Source: a virus (taxonomy: Duplodnaviria; Caudoviricetes). Taken from it: a DNA stretch of 64,000 bases. The DNA lies in IMG/VR virus record IMGVR_UViG_3300029288_000056, positions 192,001 to 256,000 of that record. One strand, 5' to 3'. Under the pieces are notes generated by a model, which was not told the DNA's origin, did no database searches, and saw only the letters and a program-made list of their open reading frames with translations. The position numbers were made by a program, and so were the translations under genes. Positions 53,023 through 63,640 of the stretch are shown here, piece by piece; positions within the stretch are counted from its first letter, which is position 1, and each line of letters opens with the position of its first letter.

Positions 53023-53096
53023 CACCCCCGGCAGGACTCGAACCTGCAGTGCTGGTGTAGAAGACCAGTGCCTTCAATCCATTTGGCGACGGGGGC
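53023..53096 (-). tRNA. tRNA-Arg(TCT)
   Basis: GCCCCCG/CGGGGGT+G; D-loop GGA (A20 identity); CTGGT-CTTCTAC-ACCAG; GCAGG-TTCGAGT-CCTGC; no CCA. Confidence 0.9.
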
Positions 53097-53295
53097 ATCA
53101 TTATATTCTACCTCTACACGCATCAACACCGAAAATCGGTGGATCGTGCCTCAAGCAAACACCTTTGGCGCAATTTGGGCAATCAAAGTTGTTACACGAT
53201 GGCACAAAGTCCTTTTCGTGGTGTTCTTTGATTTCAAAGTCTTGATACTCTTCTTCCAAACTAGAATCATCAGCGTAATACTCGTACTCTCGCAT

Positions 53296-53520
53296 CTAAT
53301 CTATACCTAAATCCTTCTCTGTTGTTACCCCATAGCTCGGGTCCCGGTAGTCAGTTGCGTAAAATCCTGATCCCTTGAATACAAGTCCGTAACTGGACGA
53401 AAAAACCTTTTTTATGTCATTCCCACATGTTGGGCATTTTACTAGTAATTCCTCACTAATGCTTCTGTGAAAATATTCGAAACGCCCACATTTTTCACAC
53501 ACATACTCGTAGACCGGCAT
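53296..53520 (-). CDS. FmdB-family Zn-ribbon protein
   Basis: MPVYEYVCEKCG...CPTCG...FKGSGFYATDY. Confidence 0.9.
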   Translation of the reverse strand: MPVYEYVCEKCGRFEYFHRSISEELLVKCPTCGNDIKKVFSSSYGLVFKGSGFYATDYRDPSYGVTTEKDLGID

Positions 53521-54047
53521 ATATCCTCCACCGATTTTCTATTAATAACATAATCAACAAAAGAAGTCAAGCACTTTTTATCAAACTCTTCAACGTATTT
53601 ACTTGCCATACTCTTTACGTCCCAACCTCGCCTTTTGCCGTCGTATACCCAGACTTTTATTCCCTTAGTAGTCAGTAGTTTAGCCTTTTTAGACGTCGGT
53701 AAGAATATATCAATTCTGTTTGAGTACTTTTTAGCAAGTCTATCCTTAACCTCTGTCATAAAAAATCCAAACTGCGGATGCCAAACTAGAACTTTCGTAT
53801 TTAACTTAACGTTATTCATCGCACAAAAACCGTATTGCATCCGTTTTCCTCTACAATCCCAATACTCGCCTTCCCACGGTCCGTATCCTGTAACCTTTAC
53901 TACACTCGGAACAAAGTTCCATCCTTCTATTTCCGGTTCTTCTATAAAGTTAATACACTTTTGAAAATACGTACTATCAATAATATCATTCTTTGCGCCG
54001 GCGGCACACATTAAACACAATAATAAGTAAAGAGTCTTCCATAGCAA
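53442..54047 (-). CDS. Secreted 3D/DPBB-like domain protein
   Basis: Signal peptide; VKVTGY...CA...VKDR....RIDIF; paralog at 62346-62837. Confidence 0.6.
   Translation of the reverse strand: MLWKTLYLLLCLMCAAGAKNDIIDSTYFQKCINFIEEPEIEGWNFVPSVVKVTGYGPWEGEYWDCRGKRMQYGFCAMNNVKLNTKVLVWHPQFGFFMTEVKDRLAKKYSNRIDIFLPTSKKAKLLTTKGIKVWVYDGKRRGWDVKSMASKYVEEFDKKCLTSFVDYVINRKSVEDICRSTSMCVKNVGVSNIFTEALVRNY
53542..53570 (-). promoter_or_regulatory. Sigma70-type phage promoter (copy 14, weaker -10)
   Basis: TTGACT-17-(TGT)TATTAA. Confidence 0.6.
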
Positions 54048-54165
54048 AACTCCGCCCCCCTGAAAACGTTAAAGATAGCCTCCCTCATTATATAATAATG
54101 GTTATCAATACTTAAAAATAGAGGCTTGAAATAAATTTTCATATCAAAAATCAGTCCTAGTTTAT

Positions 54166-55377
54166 TTAACTAACTCTGTTAAATAGGATGTTTTTATCCA
54201 TCAAAGTATTATTACTTTGTTGACGCTTCACAGGGGAGATTGAGACCTCTAGCCCTCCACGTCCAGCACCGGCTAACCGTCCGGCATTTAATATATTAAT
54301 CGCTGCGTTTGTGTCCCTATCATGTTTTGCTCCGCAAACACAAGTCCATTCTCTATCTTTTAGGGTAAGATCGTTGTTGATATATCCACAAACAGAGCAG
54401 ATCTTACTAGATGGGAACCAACGGTCTATAAAAATAATAGAACCGTTTTTCCATCGTTCTTTATATCCTATCTGTCTTACGAATTCACGCATAGATGCAT
54501 CCGCAACCGCACCGGCAAGATGATGATTTTGCATCATGCCACTTATATTAAGATCCTCCAGATATACAATATTATATTTCTTACAAATTCTTGACGTGGC
54601 CTGATTAATTGTGTCATTCCTCTTATCTGCAATGCGTTTGTAAATACGTTGGACTCTTAGTTTAGCTTTTTGTCTGCGTTTACTCCCTACCTCTTTACGA
54701 GCTAATTGTCGTTGCGCTTGTGCTAATAATTTTTCCAAATGTTGTCCGTGTTTAGGATTCTCAAACTTACACCCATCACTTGTGGTCGCAAGCGTTTTTA
54801 CACCTAAATCTATACCCACTTCCCTTACTTGGTTATCGCAAGGGTTCTGGGTTTCAACTTCAACCGTAAACGAAGCGTACCACTTTCCCGCTTGTTCACT
54901 AATCGCAACTGTACCAACTAATTTTCCCTGAAAACGTAAAGACTGACACATACGTACCCACCCGAGTTTTGGAATACGCACTTTGTTATTATCAAGAGCT
55001 ATCGTGCCGGTCTCTAAGTGAAAAACCAGCCTATCTTGTTTTCTACTCTTAAACCGCGGAAACCCCGGTTTACCAGATTTATTCTTAACTCTTCTAAAAA
55101 AGTTAGTATAAGCAAAATCAAGTTGCTGTAACGCTAAACGGGGAATACTTTTAGGCACACCAGATAACCAAGTGTGAGTTGAATATTTCATTATCGTTAT
55201 TTTTGTAGCTAAAATATACGCGCCCGATGTCTTATTTGTGTTTTTGTATTCAGTCTGTTTACTTTCTAATCCAAAATTATAGGCAAAACGGTGGGCGCCC
55301 GCATACTTAACAAACTCAACTTTTTGAGTATCATTCGGTAGTAGTTGTATCTTATGAGATTTATGTATCAGTATCAT
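54166..55377 (-). mobile_element. tnpB: Solo TnpB (IS200/IS605-family RNA-guided nuclease), no TnpA
   Basis: HKIQLLPN N-terminal HTH, RFAYN, PRFKSRK, RuvC GIDLG / YLEDL / DRDTNAAINI, Zn finger CSVCG..C.C. Confidence 0.92.
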
Positions 55378-55643
55378 TTATCAAAAATGTTGGATTGACT
55401 AATCATTTTATGATCATCGATTCTGTAACAAGAAAGTTCAGAACCTTTTATCCCTTTTCTATTTCCAATTTTTATCTCTATGTTTTTATGCATTTTTGCC
55501 CAACATAGGGCCCGTCTTGCGAGATCAATATGTATACCCATATCAACAAGGGCGTCCTCGGCCAACTTGTCGTCGGTATAAGTAGTCCCGTCTATCGTTA
55601 TATTAGTGATGTCGTCTTTACGTTCAACACTAATCATAAACAT

Positions 55644-57086
55644 TTAAAAATCACCTTCCTTAAATATATCATCTGTCAACTCATCAACGTCACCCTTATG
55701 TTCTTCTACTACTCTCGGTCTTATAGTTACGCCTTGTTCGACGGATTCAAATCTCATAAACTTATCTACGAAGTTCATCTTTAATACACCCCTTGGGCCG
55801 TTTCTTTGCTTCGCGATATTTATAAACACTTCCTTGGTAGACATTGACGGATCTGTGAAGGATGCGTTATCATAATAATCAGGTCTATGTATAAAGAATA
55901 CAACGTCCGTGTCTTGTTCTAGACTACCAGAACCCCTTAAATGTATCAACTGAGGCATCTTATCTTCACCCTTAGCCGCATCTCTACTGAGTTGAGACAG
56001 TGCAACTAACGGCATGTCAAATTCCATAGGGATCCTCTTTAGATCCTTAGATATACTTGTGATGTCCCTAACTTGATCACCAGTATAATCATTTGGGTTG
56101 ACCAATTGAATATAGTCCACAAAAGCAGCCGCTATCGGTCGTCTTGATAACTCGCGTCTAATTCTACTACGTATATTCGCTGAAGTGAGAGTGGGATCGT
56201 CCACGAAAATAAAGTTGTGGAAATGCTCCTTTATCGATGCGGCCGCAGACTTAATACTGCGCCACTCTTCGTCACTTAGCCGACCAGTCTTAACGTGCTG
56301 AAAATCAACCCTTCCCATTGTAGACAACATTCTCTTTAGCAACATGTCTCTTGGTGTTTCAAAAGAAAAGAATATTGTGGGTTGATTTCCTTTGATACCT
56401 ATGTTTTCCATAAAATTAAGCGCAAGCGCTGTTTTACCAACAGACGGTCTTGCCGCTATAATTATAAATTCACCTTTTTGTAGCCCGCCAGTCTGTTCGT
56501 CTATATCACAAAACCAAGTGGCCAGTCCATTAACGCAAGAGTTGTTTTCACACAACTTCTCTATATGGATAATAGCATCGTCAACCATCTCAACAGTTAC
56601 ATCATCGTTATTATTTACATTCCGGCAACCAACATCTAAGATCTTCTGTTCTACATTAGATACAATTTTTTCGGTCTCGTCCCAATTATTCTTAAGCTTT
56701 AAGGCGGCTCTCTCAAATATACTGATATAGTTTTTAGCGTCGCTACTCTTTTTTACCAACTCTGCGTAATGAGTGATATCCCCCGACATCTCAGCATCTT
56801 TGGTCAGCTTACTGAGGTATGGCGTTCCACCGACTTCTTGCAGTTTTCCACACTGATTTAAATGTTGAGAAACACTTATTATATCAAAACCCCTCTTATT
56901 ATTATACAGGTCTGATTTATTGTACAGATCTAATATAGCCTCGTAGATAATTTGATGCTGCGATGTTGAGAAATCAGAGGGTTGTAGTATGTCAGAAATA
57001 ACAGCCATGGTGTTTCGCGAATTTTCAACTATCAACAATCCCAGAACTTGCATCTCGGCATCTATTTGTTGCGGTAAATTTGTCAT
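55644..57086 (-). CDS. dnaB: Replicative DNA helicase
   Basis: PQQIDAE..VLG, Walker A AARPSVGKT, VDYIQL, LSQLSR, LRGSGSLEQD.D, IAKQRNGP; no intein. Confidence 0.96.
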   Translation of the reverse strand: MTNLPQQIDAEMQVLGLLIVENSRNTMAVISDILQPSDFSTSQHQIIYEAILDLYNKSDLYNNKRGFDIISVSQHLNQCGKLQEVGGTPYLSKLTKDAEMSGDITHYAELVKKSSDAKNYISIFERAALKLKNNWDETEKIVSNVEQKILDVGCRNVNNNDDVTVEMVDDAIIHIEKLCENNSCVNGLATWFCDIDEQTGGLQKGEFIIIAARPSVGKTALALNFMENIGIKGNQPTIFFSFETPRDMLLKRMLSTMGRVDFQHVKTGRLSDEEWRSIKSAAASIKEHFHNFIFVDDPTLTSANIRSRIRRELSRRPIAAAFVDYIQLVNPNDYTGDQVRDITSISKDLKRIPMEFDMPLVALSQLSRDAAKGEDKMPQLIHLRGSGSLEQDTDVVFFIHRPDYYDNASFTDPSMSTKEVFINIAKQRNGPRGVLKMNFVDKFMRFESVEQGVTIRPRVVEEHKGDVDELTDDIFKEGDF

Positions 57087-57793
57087 TCTTTTATATCTCC
57101 TTGTTGTTTTCTAACTTTGTTAACGTCTTCATTCCAAGCAGTGTTTACAAAAGTTCCATATGCATCTTTTTGATTAATAACCGGGTTTCCTTCGAGATCA
57201 TACTCTGGAAAAATATAGTCCAAACCGGCTAATTGTATAGTTGCCCTTTTGCGAGGCTCATTAAAAATATCGTTATCTAATCTTTGGCATATCTGATTAA
57301 AACCATCTACGATATCACTTAGATACGTGCCCACTTGATCGGCTCCGAGTGTGATAGAAAATTGATCTTTAAAATCATCCTCGATTGACGTATTATATAC
57401 GTTGATGTACTTAGAATCAAATATCACACACCAATTCTTTGAGATTAATTCCTCAAATGATTCCCCGGTCGGCCTAATATCCTCTATAGATTTTTTAATC
57501 TTAGTTAGATTTTTTTCGTCCAAGTCTAAGGTATAGTTAACTATTGTCTTCATACTGTTTTTATAGTATTGCATTGTTGAAAGCAGTTTAGTTATAGCAA
57601 TACCCATACCATCACTAATCGAAGATGATGTGGATACCTCTATTTTATCACACCATTCTTTAGGGTGATTACATTCATTTGAAGCCCTAATGATGTAAAC
57701 TCCGGTGTGAGGCGATACTTTTCTGTCTCTTTTTTTACATTTTATATTCCAGTTCCTAGCGGCTAAATCGGATAAAACTTTAATATCTCTCAT
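57083..57793 (-). CDS. Hypothetical protein in the replication operon
   Basis: 236 aa, ATGA-coupled on both sides. Confidence 0.6.
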   Translation of the reverse strand: MRDIKVLSDLAARNWNIKCKKRDRKVSPHTGVYIIRASNECNHPKEWCDKIEVSTSSSISDGMGIAITKLLSTMQYYKNSMKTIVNYTLDLDEKNLTKIKKSIEDIRPTGESFEELISKNWCVIFDSKYINVYNTSIEDDFKDQFSITLGADQVGTYLSDIVDGFNQICQRLDNDIFNEPRKRATIQLAGLDYIFPEYDLEGNPVINQKDAYGTFVNTAWNEDVNKVRKQQGDIKE

Positions 57794-58704
57794 TTTTTCT
57801 CCTCATGATAATCACACGGGACGGACACGTCGTATGGCATATTCCCCATCATTTTTACCTTAATCATTAACCCAGTCCCCTTGCACTTTGGGCAATCCTT
57901 ATGATTATTAACTATTTCCTCTTGTTGAGGAATGATAGATAAATACCCAAACTTCTTTAGATTCGCAAAGTTATCAAAAGAGAGGAAATGCACGAGGTCT
58001 AAGGTACTTCTTAATTTTGAATAGTAGTCGTCTTTTGTGCTATTAACACCGCGTATTGAGCTTGTGATGTGATGCAAATCAAACCCAGCTATTATAGCTT
58101 CTCTTAATATCGATTTTAACATGTTACAATCTCTAGTTATTCTTCTATCAAACTTTATTTTTAGATTCTGTGACTCATTCCAAACTCTAGTAGTTATATC
58201 AAAGAATTCTAAAATTTTTTCATTCATATGTATTTTATTCTTATTGTTGTTCTTCTTATTATTAGGTGTATCGCAACTACTTATTTCCCTTATAGTTACA
58301 TCATCGGTTGTTTGCTGTTCGTCTGTAGTTCGCCCGTTGTTCGTATGCTGTTCGCCCTTATCGCACTCAGAACTATAACAGAATAAAAGAGTTAATATAG
58401 TATAACGTTGCTTGCTGGTCGTCTGTATTGCGTTTGCGTATCGCTTTAGGAAGTTATCAACCTTTGATCTACTCCAGCGCCAATTTTCCGCCAACTTACC
58501 TAGGGTAGTTAACACGTCCCATCTTTTTAGTAAGACCCCATCTCTAACACGATCCTGTTTCTCGGCTTGGTGCATTAAGTCATAAGCCGCCTCTATCTCA
58601 GTAAACGGTTTACCACTTTTATCCAATTCCCGCCAAAGAACACCATCTCTAAAACCATTTGGCACCCTCAGATGCCCACCCATATTAGGGTTAGAAAGAC
58701 TCAA
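57790..58704 (-). CDS. Replication initiator/replisome organizer-like protein
   Basis: N-terminal wHTH-like EAAYDLM..A...TTLGKLAENWRWSRSKV..FLK, polar linker, C-terminal CPKCKGTG..C; upstream of dnaB. Confidence 0.65.
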   Translation of the reverse strand: MSLSNPNMGGHLRVPNGFRDGVLWRELDKSGKPFTEIEAAYDLMHQAEKQDRVRDGVLLKRWDVLTTLGKLAENWRWSRSKVDNFLKRYANAIQTTSKQRYTILTLLFCYSSECDKGEQHTNNGRTTDEQQTTDDVTIREISSCDTPNNKKNNNKNKIHMNEKILEFFDITTRVWNESQNLKIKFDRRITRDCNMLKSILREAIIAGFDLHHITSSIRGVNSTKDDYYSKLRSTLDLVHFLSFDNFANLKKFGYLSIIPQQEEIVNNHKDCPKCKGTGLMIKVKMMGNMPYDVSVPCDYHEEKK

Positions 58705-60380
58705 AACAGCTCCTCTTGTTGTTGTTTTTTACTTTTTCTTTTTTTACCACGTTGTTTATAAATCTCGACGATTTCCTCTTGGAAATTTTCGTCGCACAAC
58801 AGGCTCTCGGAGCTCTCTTTCATAATCTCTCTCTTTTGGTCAACTTTATCCATAATGTATTTATCTATTGTATTATCACCCAATAAATAATAAACGGTTA
58901 CGGGTTTAGTCTGGCCATCTCTGTGACATCTATCCTCACACTGTCTTAATTCGCCGAAAGTCCACCACAACTCTGTCATTAAAATATTACTAGCGGCCTT
59001 AAGATTGTTCAACCCTAGGCCCGCTACTTTTATAGAGCATATAATCAACTGACAGTTTGGGTCTTGAAACTTTTCTGACTGTAAATACCTTTCGTCTTGA
59101 CTATCTTCCTGAACTATGTGAGCTGCGTCAGGAAATGCCTTAATTAAAGCCGCTGACATCTCTTTGTGATAAGTGAAGACTACTAGCTTTTCTTCTGAAT
59201 CTAAAAATTCCTTAATCCACTCTATAGCCGGCTGTATCTTACCTCTCCCAACCTCAACATACAATTTACCGACCTTTAACATTGCCGGGATAGTTTCGTC
59301 CCCATCAACATCATCGTATTCTTCAGGGTTGGTTATATCCACATAAACGTGCGCTATTTGTTTTGGAGGTAGTTCTGTTAAAACCTGATCCTTGGATCTC
59401 CTTATATATCCCCCGTAGCCCCTCAATTTTTCATTAAGCTCTCTTAGATTGGAGCTACCAGAAGTATCCCAAATCTTTTTTCTCACAGGCACAGCCATGC
59501 CTGTTTCCTCGTTCTTAACTTTCATCCATACATCTTTTTGGTAAGCGGCACAATAACGCTTTACAAATCCAAACCAACCGCCGAACTGATCTAATTTTTT
59601 TACGATTTGTAACAAGGGAATCAGTTCTGATGGCCTATTTAAGACCGGTGTTCCTGTTAGTAACCAAACATACTGGCAGAAGTTTGAAAGGTGGAGTGAA
59701 AGCTTAGTCCTCTTGGATGACGGGGTCTTAAGCCAGTGAGCCTCGTCAAAGATAAGAGACTTTAATCCTACTTCCATAAGTGGTTTTAAATATTTATCCA
59801 ACGACTCATAGTTCGTTATATACATTAAATCTTCACGGCCAATATCTGATACACTATTTATAACACAAGGCTCAAGCTCTGATGTCCATTTTTCTATCTC
59901 ATGCTGCCAATTTAGCTTAATTGTGGCTGGGCACACAACGAGTGACGGTAAAAGGTTACTAGTATATATAGCTGCTATTGCCTCTACCGTTTTACCAATC
60001 CCCATCTCGTCACCAACAATACATTTCTTATTGTCTAACATGTACTTCACGCCGGTTCGTTGATAGGGTCTCAGTGGTAAATTAAGTCCCTCAACGTTAA
60101 AAACCGGCTCAGCTATAGAATTAGACTCCTCCACTAGCTCGGAGTATCGCTGTATGTAACCCTCAATCCTATCCTTATCACTGAGTACAAATCCGTAGTT
60201 CTCAGCCATCTTCAAAATAAAGTTGGCATTTGTGTATGTTAGTGGTGCAGTCCATACCTTGCACTTAGGGTCAAACTTTCTCCCCTCCACAGACGATTTA
60301 ACGATGTCCACAAGATGCGGATCGTATGGAAACTCTATCCTTATTCCATCGTCAGATACGTCTATGTATCTAATACCCAT
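58701..60380 (-). CDS. SNF2-family helicase with a HARP-like N-terminus (SMARCAL1-like)
   Basis: FPYD..LVD.VK....RKFDP..K.W; LRPYQ, DEMGIGKT, DEAH, LLTGTP..NRP, QCEDRCHRDGQ. Confidence 0.92.
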   Translation of the reverse strand: MGIRYIDVSDDGIRIEFPYDPHLVDIVKSSVEGRKFDPKCKVWTAPLTYTNANFILKMAENYGFVLSDKDRIEGYIQRYSELVEESNSIAEPVFNVEGLNLPLRPYQRTGVKYMLDNKKCIVGDEMGIGKTVEAIAAIYTSNLLPSLVVCPATIKLNWQHEIEKWTSELEPCVINSVSDIGREDLMYITNYESLDKYLKPLMEVGLKSLIFDEAHWLKTPSSKRTKLSLHLSNFCQYVWLLTGTPVLNRPSELIPLLQIVKKLDQFGGWFGFVKRYCAAYQKDVWMKVKNEETGMAVPVRKKIWDTSGSSNLRELNEKLRGYGGYIRRSKDQVLTELPPKQIAHVYVDITNPEEYDDVDGDETIPAMLKVGKLYVEVGRGKIQPAIEWIKEFLDSEEKLVVFTYHKEMSAALIKAFPDAAHIVQEDSQDERYLQSEKFQDPNCQLIICSIKVAGLGLNNLKAASNILMTELWWTFGELRQCEDRCHRDGQTKPVTVYYLLGDNTIDKYIMDKVDQKREIMKESSESLLCDENFQEEIVEIYKQRGKKRKSKKQQQEELF

Positions 60381-60381
60381 A

Positions 60382-62345
60382 TTATTCCTGTGCTATATCT
60401 ATAGTGTCTTTTCCGGCTGATGTTCTTCCCGGTTTTAATAAAACAGTGCGTTCCGCCCATTCTGTGGGATAACTAGACTTCAAAATGTTCTTCAACGCGG
60501 TTTCTTGTGTCTTGTTCGCAATCATCGGTTTAAACTGGTATCCCTTATTAACAGAACTAAAGTGAACAACAGTTCTCCATTCTCCCGCCTTTTTTCTTTT
60601 TAAAATAGGATCCCATAATTCTAAAAATTCAAAGTCCGCACTATCAATTTTTACAGGCACCGACTTACCTTTTAAATCACTGCATCTCAGCCATTTACCT
60701 TGATGAATATCTTCTACGGTGGTTGGTTTAGGTGGTATTTCCATTACATTCCCCTTTCATTTTTTCTTGGATAGTATTAGTGTATTCGATACGATTTTTT
60801 ATTTTTTCCATAATATCGCCTAAATAGATACAAAGATTTGAGTAGTTTTGTTTTGCGCCGTCTATTATATCCATACACGAGTCCATATTGCATTGTTGCA
60901 TAGCGAGATCTAGATCTTTTGTCAACGTACCAAAGGACACATCCACATTGTCTAATAAACTAACGATCTCAATAACTAATGACTTTTCAAATCCAACTAT
61001 ATCATTTTTAATTTCGATTAAAAGCTCCTCGTAAGGCATATTAGATGAATAATTTGCCCTGATTTTAATTACTAAGTCCTCGTGATTAAACTCTTCTACC
61101 AATATACTAAGGGCCTTTTCTTTTATCGCGGCACTTATTCTATCGTAACAATCAATGGATTTTTGCAGGGTGGGTGATATACCTTTTTCTTTAAACTTCA
61201 CTATCAATAGATCTGATAGTATACCATTCTTTTGCATAGAGGCGTAGTAATCCACACCGTCTATAGCAAAGCCAATAACGATACTTTCATCAGTATAGCC
61301 GTATTCTTTTCTCAGATCATTTATAAGAGAAAGAGCTATATCATCTATATCGTCTTTATACAAGTTATTCATTATCTACAATTCTTTTTACTTCTATAAA
61401 ATCACATTTAAAATATTCTACCATGTCCCCAACACTATAACCCATCGAGTTCAGCTTCTTAATTATCATATCTCTTTCACTGGTAATCTTATCTCCGTAA
61501 ATTTCTCCAATGTATTTTTCAGGGACATCGGTGATAGCCTTAATCATTCTAGATATCGGTGGCTCTATCTTCCAAACTTTTTTAAGCGCTTGCCTAACAC
61601 CGTAAACCCTCATTCCAAATCTCTCTGCAATAGCCTTCGCGGTCCACCCATCTAGATACATTTCGGCGATCATTTCCCAACGCTGATAAGCGAGATACCG
61701 GTTAGATAGACAGCCGCCATATAACTCAGGAGGGCAGGAAGGTGGTGATGTTTTTTTCAAATCCTTATATTGCCCGCGGTTCCTAATGCACGTCTGAAAC
61801 TCTATCTTATAATTAGTCATATTTCTTGGTGTAGCCATGTCGATATCACCAACATAGATAGATCTTGCTTTCTTATAGGAAATTTGATGTGCATATTTTA
61901 CTATGCCGTCCTTTTTGAGGCGACGGTGAGACAATTCAATTATCATTTATTCCTTTTTAAAACAAATAGGACATTGTCTAAAAGTTCTTTTGCCTTCAGT
62001 ATCGGTTTGTATTCCAAACTCAAGATCTATTCCGGTACCTTTGCATTTAGGGCATATTAAAGGTTTTGGCATTTCCTTGATCGACGTATCTATCTCCTCA
62101 TGTTTAAACACTTCTTGGGTCTCATCATCTATAAGATCTATAGAGCAGACTGCACCCTTAACAGTGTTAACAACCTTAACACGATTATGTCCCCTAAAAT
62201 CATCCAGAGAGATTATCTGCTTTGGAATACCTAGGTCCCTAAACAACCATGATAATTCCTTTTCGTTAAAGGCTTGTTCTTTTACCACGAAAGGTCTGGG
62301 CGAATCAAACTCAAGGACTATGATTGTGCTACATGATTTAAACAT
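60382..62345 (-). CDS. Four hypothetical proteins (60382-60744 possible ssDNA-binding/annealing protein; 61365-61946 HTH-containing)
   Basis: WLRCSDLKGK...KPMIANKT; YLDGWTAKAIAERFG HTH. Confidence 0.5.
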
Positions 62346-62837
62346 TTATTCTCCTAAGACTATAAATTCATTTCCTTGTAACATAACTGACACTCTATTA
62401 TTTGGGTCCATAGATGGCACAAATATCCACGCTTTACAACCGCCGATTTGTGTTATTTTATCCATATCATCTGCGTGAACGTATATATCCACCCTATTAG
62501 TATGATTTTTTCTAATATGATCATTTTTTATCGTTAGAAAATACCCGAACTTTGGGTGCCACACTAATATAATCGCTCCATCAGGAACTCCGTTAAGTGC
62601 GCATTCACCAATAGACAGTCTTTTATCGCTGCACCCAACAAATTCACCCTCATCATAGCTATAGCCAGTTACCGAGTCTATGTAAGGAATCGGTTTCCAG
62701 TAATCATCAAAGCTCTTTTTAGGAGCATGCGCAGTATGTGCACTATTCCGATGTTTAAAGGTAAACCCCTTCACACTGGAATACGCACCCAGTAAAGACA
62801 GTACCGCTAATATAATTATGAATTTTCGCATTATCAA
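62346..62837 (-). CDS. Secreted 3D/DPBB-like domain protein
   Basis: Signal peptide; VTGY, CALN, LVWHPKFG.F, NDH..K..TNRVDIY. Confidence 0.6.
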   Translation of the reverse strand: MIMRKFIIILAVLSLLGAYSSVKGFTFKHRNSAHTAHAPKKSFDDYWKPIPYIDSVTGYSYDEGEFVGCSDKRLSIGECALNGVPDGAIILVWHPKFGYFLTIKNDHIRKNHTNRVDIYVHADDMDKITQIGGCKAWIFVPSMDPNNRVSVMLQGNEFIVLGE

Positions 62838-63611
62838 TTATTAGATGATAATATACTTCTGAATTCACTCGCTGTTCCCCTAAGTTCATCAAAGAATTGC
62901 TTTGAATTAGTTACAATAGTTATGGTCTCGTATATTCTAATAATCATTTTTTTCATATATTTTAGCTTTTCAATCACGGCTGTTTTTTTATGTTCATCTT
63001 CGATAAAAGCCGCGGCCCTTTTTATAGCGTCAATTTCCCATAATAAACCGTGTGATTTATAATTTCCAAAGGGCTGTTTTATTTCAAAGCCAATTATAGT
63101 GTTTATTATATCTTCAAGATATTTACTTTCGCCGGTTAAAACCATGTGCAACGAATCAATCATTGTATTCAATTCGTTAAACACCGCCTGCCACCGATGA
63201 GACAGTCGTGCAAGTAATAATTTTTGTTTATCCATTTACCCTTCCTCAAATTCCCCAGACTGGGGTGACACTAAAGCTATAAAACCTATCTCTTCCCCAT
63301 TTTTACGATAAACATTTACTTCTGTTTTATCTGTTCGGGGGATAACACTAACACTATACATGGGTGTTATTTCAATTGAGCGGCCGAGGTGTGAATAACG
63401 TATATTTGGCTTCCAAAACGCTATTTCCACATCCTCGTGTTGGGCCTTTAGTATGGATAAGTGTCTCTTCTTATCATAAGAAGCTGAGATTATCCAACTT
63501 CCTCCCTTTGGGTTACTAAGTGGTACGTCACCAACCATAAAGGGGTCACGAACCTCAATAATATCAACAAACTCTTCGTTTTCTATAAACATTTTCTCAC
63601 TCCTTGGACAT

Positions 63612-63640
63612 ATAGTAACACACTTTATCTAAAAAGTCAA
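63612..63640 (-). promoter_or_regulatory. Sigma70-type phage promoter (copy 15), heading the replication-gene transcript
   Basis: TTGACT-17-(TGT)TACTAT, then AAGGAG RBS. Confidence 0.8.

Noticed and set aside
53023-53096. Amber-suppressor tRNA (CTA within the loop) or stop-codon recoding
   Set aside because: The 7-nt loop register gives TCT (Arg) with A20. Long genes are uninterrupted in code 11 and TAG/TGA act as normal stops.
9741-57086. Inteins or introns in dnaE or dnaB
   Set aside because: Protein lengths are typical, with no intein splice-junction or LAGLIDADG motifs seen.
379-62478. Plus-strand ORFs in the track (e.g. 7654-8238, 10347-10796, 50042-50578, 61990-62478)
   Set aside because: They are antisense shadows of well-supported minus-strand genes, with no motifs; every promoter and terminator I found points to the minus strand.
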